Below, in pieces: positions 56,140 to 64,000 of a stretch of 64,000 nucleotides of DNA. The position numbers and the translations under genes were made by a program. Where the stretch lies: the NCBI GenBank assembly GCA_038849525.1, contig JAWCMS010000001.1:61612-125611 (forward strand), in the 5' to 3' direction. This DNA comes from Candidatus Pacearchaeota archaeon. Lineage in GTDB: Archaea; Nanobdellota; Nanobdellia; Pacearchaeales; JAHJTO01. A model generated the notes under the pieces. It saw only the letters and a list, made by a program, of their open reading frames with translations, searched no databases and was not told the origin of the DNA. Positions within the stretch are counted from its first letter, which is position 1. Each line of letters begins with the position of its first letter.

Positions 56140-58815
56140 ATGGATAAAGGCGAAGGGGAAACAGAAAAAATAATAATAGAAAGAAAGGAAAAATTTTTCA
56201 GTTTTATCAAAAAAAATCAGAATTTAATTTTTTATATTCTTTTAATTATAATAATAATTTATGGAGGAATTTATCTAAGAACATTAAATGTTTCCCAGTT
56301 AAAGGATGTTACCACAGGAAATTGGACTTTGGCTCCCGATTTAGATCCTTTTTTATTCTTAAGATGGGCTAAAGAAATTGCTGAACATGGTTCATTGGCT
56401 AAAATTGATAATTTAAGATATGTACCTCTAGGCTTCGATACTACAAGAGAATTAACTTTAACATCTTATTTCATATTTTATCTTTATAAAATAATTAAAT
56501 TATTTTCTCCAAATGCAACAATAGAATATGCTGCAATAATCTATCCAATTATTTTTTTCTGCTTAACTTTAATAGCGGCTTTCCTTTTTGTAGGAAAAAT
56601 ATTTTCAAAATATAAAAATGCAAATTTGATAGCATTAATTTCAGTTTTATTCATCTCTGTAATCCCTGGCTTTATACATCGAACAGTTGCTGGTGTTCCT
56701 GAGAAAGAAAGCGCAGGAATTTTTTTTATGTTTTTAGCTTTTTATTTCATTGCTTCAACTTTTAAAGAAGAAAAAACAAAAAAAGCTATTTTATTTGGCT
56801 TATTAGCAGGAGTTTCAACTGCATTAATGGGGCTCGTATGGGGAGGAGTAACATTTCTTTTTTTAACTATAGCTTTAGCAACGTTTTTGATGTTCTTTTT
56901 TAGCAAATTTGAAAAAAAAGATGTTCTTGTTTATACTTGTTGGATAATAGGATTTACTATTTTGCTTATATGGTTTCCAAGATACGGAATTAATTTATTC
57001 ACTTCAATTACGAGCGGATTTGCTTATTTTGTTTTTGGCTTGCTAATTTTAGATAGTATTATTTTTAGTACAAATTTAAAAATAAAATTAAAACTTGAAA
57101 AAGTAAAAGTACCTAAAATATTCTCATTTATTGCATTTGTTATTATTATTTTTATATTTATTTTAATTTTTGAGCCGAGTTTTATATCTCATTTGATAAC
57201 AGATGCTTCAGATTATATCTTTAGGCCTTTTGCCACAAATAGATTTACTTTAACAGTAGCTGAAAATAATAGGCCTTTTTTTGACAGCTGGAAAAATTCT
57301 TTTGGAATTCCATTTTTCTGGATTTTTGTTTTAGGTTCTGTTTTTTTAATATATGAATTATTTGAAAAACTAAAATTAAAAGACAGAATTTTACTTACTG
57401 GAATTTATTTTTTAATGATTGTTGGAATGATTTTTTCAAGGTATTCTGAAAACAGCATAATGAATGGTAGTAGTATACAAAGTTTTATTGCATTTTTAGG
57501 CAGCATAGCACTATTTGTTATAACCATTCTTGCAATTTATTTCAGAAAAAAAGAGATGGATTTAGATAAGAATATTTTATTATTATTAGCAATATTATTT
57601 TTTGCAATATTTTCTGCAAGAGCGGCAATAAGACTATTTTATTTTATTTATCCTATTGCCCCCATAATGGCTGCTTTTGCTATTGTAAGAATATCAGAGA
57701 TTGCACTTAAAACAAAAGAAGACATAGAAAAGATTATTTTATTGATAATTGCTGGAGGAATAATAATACTTTCATTAGTCGCGCTTTATAATTTTGCGCA
57801 GGCAAGCGAAGTAGAGGTAAAATATGCAACTGTTCCAGGACATTATCAGATCCAATGGCAGAAGGCAATGGCGTGGGTTAGAGAGAATACTCCTAAAGAT
57901 GCAGTATTTAGTCATTGGTGGGATTACGGATATTGGGTTCAGAGTATAGGAGAAAGAGCTACTATCTTAGATGGAGGAAATGCTATAACTTATTGGGATC
58001 ATCTTCTTGGAAGACATGTACTAACCGCAGAAAATGAAACAGAAGCTTTAGAATTTTTAAAAACACATAAAGCAAACTATCTTTTAATTGATTCTACAGA
58101 TATTGGAAAGTATCCTGCCTACTCTAGTATTGGAGCAGATGAAAATTATGATAGGTACTCATGGATTTCTACATTTATTTTAGATGAAAATGCAATACAA
58201 GAAAAAAGGAATGAAACTATTTATGTCTTTAAGGGAGGAGCTTTACTTGATAAAGATATAATATGGAAGGACCATATTTATCCAGAAGGAGAGGCTGGAA
58301 TAGGCGCTATATTACTGCCAATAAAAAAACTAAAAGACAATAATAGCGATTATGTTATTGGGAAATTTGGACAACCAAGTATAGTTTTGATTTATCAAAA
58401 TAAACAGATTAATATACCTTTCAAATGCATTTATCTTGAAGGAAGCAAAATAGAATTTGATGAAGGAATCGATGGATGTTTCTACATAATCCCATCAATC
58501 TCGCAAAACAAAGTAATAAAACTTGGGGCAGGATTTTGGTTAAGTAAAAAATTGTTAAATTCACTGATGGTTAAGGTTTATTTGTTAAATGAAACTGAAA
58601 ATTTTGTTTTGGAACATACAGAAAATGATCCTATAATAAATGAAATAAATTTAAATTATAACTTGAATCTTCCTGAACTTGTATTCCACAGCTCTGCTGG
58701 CTTGCTTGGGCCAATAAAGATATGGAAGATAAATTATCCTGAATTGATTCAGGAAAATTCTGCTTATCTAGAAATAGTTTATCCAAAAAAAGAGTTGTGG
58801 GAGGTTAAGAGATAA
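56140..58815 (+). CDS. aglB: Oligosaccharyltransferase AglB (STT3)
   Basis: DLDP, about 13 TM, TVAEN, WWDYG. Confidence 0.95.
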   Translation: MDKGEGETEKIIIERKEKFFSFIKKNQNLIFYILLIIIIIYGGIYLRTLNVSQLKDVTTGNWTLAPDLDPFLFLRWAKEIAEHGSLAKIDNLRYVPLGFDTTRELTLTSYFIFYLYKIIKLFSPNATIEYAAIIYPIIFFCLTLIAAFLFVGKIFSKYKNANLIALISVLFISVIPGFIHRTVAGVPEKESAGIFFMFLAFYFIASTFKEEKTKKAILFGLLAGVSTALMGLVWGGVTFLFLTIALATFLMFFFSKFEKKDVLVYTCWIIGFTILLIWFPRYGINLFTSITSGFAYFVFGLLILDSIIFSTNLKIKLKLEKVKVPKIFSFIAFVIIIFIFILIFEPSFISHLITDASDYIFRPFATNRFTLTVAENNRPFFDSWKNSFGIPFFWIFVLGSVFLIYELFEKLKLKDRILLTGIYFLMIVGMIFSRYSENSIMNGSSIQSFIAFLGSIALFVITILAIYFRKKEMDLDKNILLLLAILFFAIFSARAAIRLFYFIYPIAPIMAAFAIVRISEIALKTKEDIEKIILLIIAGGIIILSLVALYNFAQASEVEVKYATVPGHYQIQWQKAMAWVRENTPKDAVFSHWWDYGYWVQSIGERATILDGGNAITYWDHLLGRHVLTAENETEALEFLKTHKANYLLIDSTDIGKYPAYSSIGADENYDRYSWISTFILDENAIQEKRNETIYVFKGGALLDKDIIWKDHIYPEGEAGIGAILLPIKKLKDNNSDYVIGKFGQPSIVLIYQNKQINIPFKCIYLEGSKIEFDEGIDGCFYIIPSISQNKVIKLGAGFWLSKKLLNSLMVKVYLLNETENFVLEHTENDPIINEINLNYNLNLPELVFHSSAGLLGPIKIWKINYPELIQENSAYLEIVYPKKELWEVKR

Positions 58816-58816
58816 A

Positions 58817-59803
58817 ATGTTTTTTATTGCTCCTGTAATTGCATTAATAAGTTTTTTAACTACTTTGATAGCTACTCCTTATTTGATAAGGTATCTAAGA
58901 AGAATAAATTTGGTTGTTAAAGATCAAAATAAGGAAAATAAACCATTAATACCCTTGTCTGGCGGTTTGGCTGTAATGGCTGGAATTTTTATGGGTTTAA
59001 TGGTTTACATTTTTATGAAAGTTTTTATTTACCAAGATAGCTCAACTTTGCTTTATTTTTTCGCAGCGATAACAACTATTTTGTTGATAACTTTTATAGG
59101 GTTTATAGATGATAGCATAATTAAGAAGAATAAAGAAGCAAGTGCTGGACTTAAACAATGGCAAAAGCCGTTTTTGACTTTAATTGCAGCTATCCCTTTG
59201 ATGGTGATTAACGCTGGAGAGACAACCATGTCTCTGCCTTTTTTTGGCCCTATAGAATGGGGCCTAGTTTACCCTTTAGTTTTAGTGCCTTTGATTGTGA
59301 TAGTTGCTGCAAATATGGTTAACTTGCTTGCTGGATTTAATGGACTAGAAGCAGGATTAGGAATAGTGTATATAGGAATGCTTGGCATATTTGCGTTATA
59401 TCATCAAAACTATATAGCTGCAATACTTTCGCTTGCAACTTTTTCTGCTTTGCTAGCATTTTTAATCTTTAATTGGTATCCTGCAAAAATTTTGCCCGGG
59501 GATAGTTTAACTTATTTGCTTGGTGCTGTTTTAGCTAGTATCGCAATTTTAGGAAATATGGAAAAAGCTGTCATGATAATTGCTATTCCTTTTGCAATCG
59601 AATTTTTTTTAAAAGCAAGAAGCAAATTCAAAGCCCAATCTTATGGATATTTAGAGAATAATAAAATTAAGTCTCTTTATGGAAAAAAAATTTATTCATT
59701 AACACATATTTTTACTAAAACAGGAAAATTTACTGAAAAACAAATTGTTATTTATTTAATAATAATAGAATTTATTTTATCTTTATTAATATGGGTAGTA
59801 TAA
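58817..59803 (+). CDS. UDP-GlcNAc:polyprenyl-phosphate GlcNAc-1-P transferase (GT4/MraY family, AglH-like)
   Basis: PLSGGL, GFIDD, NMVNLLAGFNGLE, NWYPAKILPGDS. Confidence 0.92.
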   Translation: MFFIAPVIALISFLTTLIATPYLIRYLRRINLVVKDQNKENKPLIPLSGGLAVMAGIFMGLMVYIFMKVFIYQDSSTLLYFFAAITTILLITFIGFIDDSIIKKNKEASAGLKQWQKPFLTLIAAIPLMVINAGETTMSLPFFGPIEWGLVYPLVLVPLIVIVAANMVNLLAGFNGLEAGLGIVYIGMLGIFALYHQNYIAAILSLATFSALLAFLIFNWYPAKILPGDSLTYLLGAVLASIAILGNMEKAVMIIAIPFAIEFFLKARSKFKAQSYGYLENNKIKSLYGKKIYSLTHIFTKTGKFTEKQIVIYLIIIEFILSLLIWVV

Positions 59804-61002
59804 ATAAAACTTCCGACAGCCTAATTAGGGCAAGCATTGTGATACTTATTGCCTATGGTATTTTTCATGCAACTAATTTTTTTTATCATTTTTTTTCTGC
59901 AAGACTTTTAGGGCCGGCAGAATATAGCATAGTTGCTAGTCTTTTCTCAATAATATATATGATAAGCATAGGCAGCACAACCATTCAAAATGTTGTAACA
60001 AAATTTACTGCAGAATTTAAAGCTAAAAATGAAAATAATAAGATTATTTTTTTATTTAGAAAAGGAATGAAAAAACTTTCTATTTATGCGATTATACTTT
60101 TAGTTTTATATGTTTTAGCAAGTCCCCTAATTGCTAATTTTTTAAAAATTTCTTTAATTCCTGTGTTAATTTTGAGCCCTTATATATTATTGTCAATTTT
60201 AATTCCGTTTAATAGAGGAATTTTACAAGGGCTCCAGAAATTTAAAAGCCTTGGAATTAATATGATTATCGACGGAGTGGTAAAACTAATTAGTGCTTTA
60301 ATTTTGATTTATCTTGGATTAAAAGCAAATGGCGCGATTGCAGCACCGGTAATTGGAACAGCAGTAGCATTCGCATTTACATTCCCGTTATTAAGATTCA
60401 ACAATAAAATTTCAAATGTTAAAATAAGTTCAAAGGAAATTTATAAATTTACAATTGTTTCTTTTACTGCGCTTTTTTTAATAACTGCAATTTATAACAT
60501 AGATATTTTTTTAGTAAAACATTTCTTTTCAGCTGAAATTGCTGGTCATTATGCTGCTCTTTCCTTGATGGGCAAGATAGTTTTCTTTGGGGCAACTGCT
60601 ATAGGAATAACGATGTTTCCTAAAATTTCTGAATTAACAAATAAAAAAAGAATAGAGTGTGTTTTCAAAAAATCATTTCTATTTACATTTTTAATCACAG
60701 TAATTGTTGTGATAATTTATTTTTTATTTCCAAAATTATTAATAAAGTTTGTATTTGGTCAAGAATACTTAGATATAGCTAATTTACTTGGTTTATTTGG
60801 GATATTTATGTCTCTTGTTTCATTGTCTTATATCTGTATATTAAAAAAGCTTGCTATAGGGAAAAAGAAATTTGTTTGGATACTGCTGTCTGCTGTAATA
60901 ATGGAGATTATATTAATTTCATTATTTCATAATTCTTTAAGCAAAGTAATACATATTCTAATTTTGATTAATAGTATATTGCTTATCTTGTTATTAAAAT
61001 GA
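59791..61002 (+). CDS. Oligosaccharide flippase (Wzx/MOP family)
   Basis: ARLLGPAEYS, RGILQGLQKF, DIFLVKHFF, AGHY; about 12 TM. Confidence 0.88.
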   Translation: MGSINKTSDSLIRASIVILIAYGIFHATNFFYHFFSARLLGPAEYSIVASLFSIIYMISIGSTTIQNVVTKFTAEFKAKNENNKIIFLFRKGMKKLSIYAIILLVLYVLASPLIANFLKISLIPVLILSPYILLSILIPFNRGILQGLQKFKSLGINMIIDGVVKLISALILIYLGLKANGAIAAPVIGTAVAFAFTFPLLRFNNKISNVKISSKEIYKFTIVSFTALFLITAIYNIDIFLVKHFFSAEIAGHYAALSLMGKIVFFGATAIGITMFPKISELTNKKRIECVFKKSFLFTFLITVIVVIIYFLFPKLLIKFVFGQEYLDIANLLGLFGIFMSLVSLSYICILKKLAIGKKKFVWILLSAVIMEIILISLFHNSLSKVIHILILINSILLILLLK

Positions 61003-61760
61003 AATTATCAATAATAATTCCTGCACATAATGAAGAAAAAAGAATTTCGAGGACTTTAGAGGATTATGGGAAATTTTTTTCAAAAAGATATAAAAAAGAT
61101 TTTGAGATAATTGTTATTTTAAATGGATGTACTGACAATACCTATAATATAGTTAAAAAATTTAAAAAGAAATATTCTCAAATAAAATATCTTGATTTTA
61201 AACAAGCTGGAAAAGGATTTGCAATAATTGAAGGTTTTAAAATTGCTAAAGGTAATCTTATAGGATTTACAGATGCTGATGATTCTACTAATGCAGAAGA
61301 ATTTGAAAAACTTATAAGTAACATTAAAGACTATGATGGTATAATAGCATCAAGATATTTAAAAGAATCTGAAGTATTTCCAAAACAATCATTTAAAAGA
61401 ATAGTTGTATCTAGAATTTTTAATTTTTTAGTAAGAATTTTGTTTAGATTGCCTTATAAAGATACACAACTTGGAGCGAAAATCTTTAAAAGAAGAGCAA
61501 TAAAAGAAGTCTTATTAAAATTAGGATTAACAGAGTGGGCTTTCGATGTTGATTTATTATATAATTTAAAAATAAAAAATTTTAAAATAAAAGAAATTCC
61601 AATCAAATGGAAAGAGTTAGGAGGAAGTAAACTTGATATCGAAAAAATAAGCATACAAATGCTATTATCCATAATTCAATTAAGAATAATTCATTCACCA
61701 TTTAAAAAAATTTTAAAACAAATACCTTTAATAAAATTTTTGTATACAATAACAAAATGA
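60999..61760 (+). CDS. GT2 glycosyltransferase (dolichyl-phosphate glucosyl/mannosyltransferase-like)
   Basis: SIIIPAHNEE, GKGFA, FTDAD, IASR, DTQLGAKIF, WAFDVDLL. Confidence 0.92.
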   Translation: MKLSIIIPAHNEEKRISRTLEDYGKFFSKRYKKDFEIIVILNGCTDNTYNIVKKFKKKYSQIKYLDFKQAGKGFAIIEGFKIAKGNLIGFTDADDSTNAEEFEKLISNIKDYDGIIASRYLKESEVFPKQSFKRIVVSRIFNFLVRILFRLPYKDTQLGAKIFKRRAIKEVLLKLGLTEWAFDVDLLYNLKIKNFKIKEIPIKWKELGGSKLDIEKISIQMLLSIIQLRIIHSPFKKILKQIPLIKFLYTITK

Positions 61761-62803
61761 AAATAATTATAATCTCTCTTGCAGGAATAGGAGATACCCT
61801 TTGTGCTACTCCTCTTATAGCTGAATTAAGAAAAAATTTTCCTAACGCTGTAATTGATGTAGTAGTTATGTGGAAAGGCTCAAAGGATATTTTAGAAAAT
61901 AATCCTAATTTAAATAACGTTTATCACTATAATATATTAAAGGATCTAACAAAAATAATAAAATATTTTAAGCTTAGAAAAAATAAATATGATATTTCAA
62001 TAAATTCATACCCCCAAAGTAGAATTGAATATAGGCTTATTGCTAGTCTTATAAAGGCAAAGAAAAGATTAAGCCATATTTATGAAAATTGGTGTTTTTT
62101 AGATAATCATTTAATTAATCTTAAAATAAATGAAGACTACCATAGTCACCTTATAGAAAATAATCTTAAGTTTCTTAATCTCCTTAATAAAAAACAATTA
62201 CTGAAAAACCATAGTTATCAGATATTTCTCAATAAAAAAGATATTGAATTTGCAAATAAAATTATTAAATTAAATAATTTAAGAAATAAAAAAATAATCG
62301 GTATCCATGTTGGTTCTGGGACAACAAAAAATTTAGCATTACGAAGATGGCCTATTAAAAATTATTTAGAGCTCATAACCTTAATCTTAAAAGATAAAAA
62401 AAATGTTGTTCTTCTTTTCGGTGGGCCTGAAGAATTAAAAGATAATGAGTATATTAGAAAAAAGATAAATAATGAAAGAGTAATAAATATCAAAACAAGC
62501 AATATTAGAGAAAGTGCTGCAATTATTAAACATTGTGATTATTTTATAAGTATCGATACTTCACTCATGCATATTGCAGCGGCAATGAAAGTAAAACATC
62601 AAATTGTAATCGAAACACCAACTTTTAATAAAACAGTAGAACCATATAAAAGGAGATATATTTTAATTAAGAACCCTTTAATTCATGGAAAAAATTTAGA
62701 ATATTATAAATATGACGGAAAAGGAATAAAGATGGATAAAAAAGAAATAAAAAAAGTAATGAATAGTATAAAAGTAAAAGAAGTATTTAAGAAGATTGTA
62801 TAA
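61757..62803 (+). CDS. GT9 glycosyltransferase (ADP-heptose:LPS heptosyltransferase family)
   Basis: GIGDTLCATPLI..LRKNFP, GIHVGS..RRWP, FGGPEE, SIDTSLMHIAAA. Confidence 0.88.
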   Translation: MKIIIISLAGIGDTLCATPLIAELRKNFPNAVIDVVVMWKGSKDILENNPNLNNVYHYNILKDLTKIIKYFKLRKNKYDISINSYPQSRIEYRLIASLIKAKKRLSHIYENWCFLDNHLINLKINEDYHSHLIENNLKFLNLLNKKQLLKNHSYQIFLNKKDIEFANKIIKLNNLRNKKIIGIHVGSGTTKNLALRRWPIKNYLELITLILKDKKNVVLLFGGPEELKDNEYIRKKINNERVINIKTSNIRESAAIIKHCDYFISIDTSLMHIAAAMKVKHQIVIETPTFNKTVEPYKRRYILIKNPLIHGKNLEYYKYDGKGIKMDKKEIKKVMNSIKVKEVFKKIV

Positions 62804-64000
62804 ATTCATAAATTAAAGTATCTGGTTTCTTGTTTTCTTTATCTATGAATGATACATATACTAATTTTATGCTTCTATTATTTTTTTCTGGCCAGGAATA
62901 TACCCATAGTGGAGATTTCTCCCAGATTGTAAGAACCATATATCTTGGCTTTAATTCTTCTATTTTCTTATTAAAATCAGATTCGTTATCTGGATAACCA
63001 TAAGTTACTCGTTCGCTATAAAAAGTAAGTTGTGGGATACTTGAACCAAAAATAACATCGCTTTTTTTGCTATTCTCTTTTAACCATATACCTGCTTCTT
63101 TTACTCCAATATAACTATTAATTTTTTGGTTTATTATTAGTTTTGTATAGTTAAACATAGGATAAATGCCTACAAGAAGAAAGATTATGATAATTAAAAC
63201 AAAAATCAATTTCCTATTTTTATCAATTATAGAAGCAATTTCTACCAAACCATAACCGATTATATAGAATACGGCTGGAAAGATCATTGCTATATAACGA
63301 TCTTCAAAATGATTTATCAGAAGACCAAATACCAAAATTGGAATTATAATCCATAAAACCAATAACAACTTTGATTGCAAAAATTTTTTATTTTTAATTA
63401 AATCTATAGCAAAGATTAAATCATAAAAAAATAAAAGCCCTATTAGAAAAAGAATAAAAAGAATTGTATAAATATAATTAGGAAAATAAGTAATGTATTG
63501 CATTAATACAGAAAATTGATTAAAGCCTTGTTCTCTTCCCCCACCAAGTGTAAGCCTATATAATAGATTTAAAGGCCCACCAAAATTTATAACAGACCAA
63601 ATAAAAATAGGGATGAGTAATAATAGTCCAATAAGACTTGAATATATTAAATTTTTTTCTTTTAATAATGAGAAACCTTTTATTAAAAAAAGATATACAA
63701 AAAGAATTATAAAAGTTAAGGAAACAGAAAATCTTATCATTGAACCTATTATAATTAATGGGATAATAAAAAAAGCGAATGTTTTCTTTTCTCTTTTAAG
63801 AAAAAAATAGATTGCTAATAATGAGAAAACAACGGCGGGCATATCAACAAGTAATCTGCACATATAAAAGATATCTAAGTAAAAAACAGAATAAATCAAT
63901 GTTGCAATCAAAGAAATTTTTTCATCAAAAAGCTCTTTTCCTATAAGATAAACTAATAACACACCAAAAATTGAAATAAGTAACCACAGTATTTTTATGC
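62787..64000 (-). CDS. GT-C (PMT_2/ArnT-like) membrane glycosyltransferase, 5' end beyond window
   Basis: Frame stays open to the window edge; VYLIGKELF, LLVDMP, EDRYI, AGIWLKENS. Confidence 0.8.
   Translation of the reverse strand, partial: IKILWLLISIFGVLLVYLIGKELFDEKISLIATLIYSVFYLDIFYMCRLLVDMPAVVFSLLAIYFFLKREKKTFAFFIIPLIIIGSMIRFSVSLTFIILFVYLFLIKGFSLLKEKNLIYSSLIGLLLLIPIFIWSVINFGGPLNLLYRLTLGGGREQGFNQFSVLMQYITYFPNYIYTILFILFLIGLLFFYDLIFAIDLIKNKKFLQSKLLLVLWIIIPILVFGLLINHFEDRYIAMIFPAVFYIIGYGLVEIASIIDKNRKLIFVLIIIIFLLVGIYPMFNYTKLIINQKINSYIGVKEAGIWLKENSKKSDVIFGSSIPQLTFYSERVTYGYPDNESDFNKKIEELKPRYMVLTIWEKSPLWVYSWPEKNNRSIKLVYVSFIDKENKKPDTLIYEFIQSS

Overview
AT-rich, gene-dense chromosome segment of a reduced-genome archaeon, most consistent with a DPANN (Pacearchaeota/Woesearchaeota-like) organism. 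This is inferred from a fused PriS-PriL primase, a short archaeosortase-type enzyme, AMP phosphorylase plus ribose-1,5-bisphosphate isomerase, and trimmed ribosomal proteins. About 1-24 kb is mostly cell-surface genes: a lamin-tail-domain protein, two paralogous alpha-toroid/Cys-rich membrane proteins, five class-III-signal-peptide (pilin-like) genes around a ~1180-aa Cys-rich protein, a major S-layer gene with a structured 5' leader, two membrane-anchored paralogs, a sortase/PAP2/polyprenol-kinase trio and a second S-layer-like protein. About 24-55 kb is core information processing: dph2, sepF, prefoldins, rpoP, ftsZ-secE-spt5-uL11, aIF5A, eL40, taw1, uL1-uL10-P1, the S10/spc superoperon to secY, and three tRNAs (one with an intron). 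It is interrupted by a metallophosphoesterase / Cas4-like nuclease / CARF-like / wHTH block. About 56-64 kb is an N-glycosylation cluster (aglB, GT4, flippase, GT2, GT9, GT-C). I saw no rRNA, CRISPR array or transposase. The best novelty candidates are the pilin-like/giant Cys-rich contact locus, the CARF-like + wHTH + nuclease block, the S-layer anchoring/lipid-salvage module and the bistable S-layer 5' leader. All calls come from reading motifs by eye; no searches were run.
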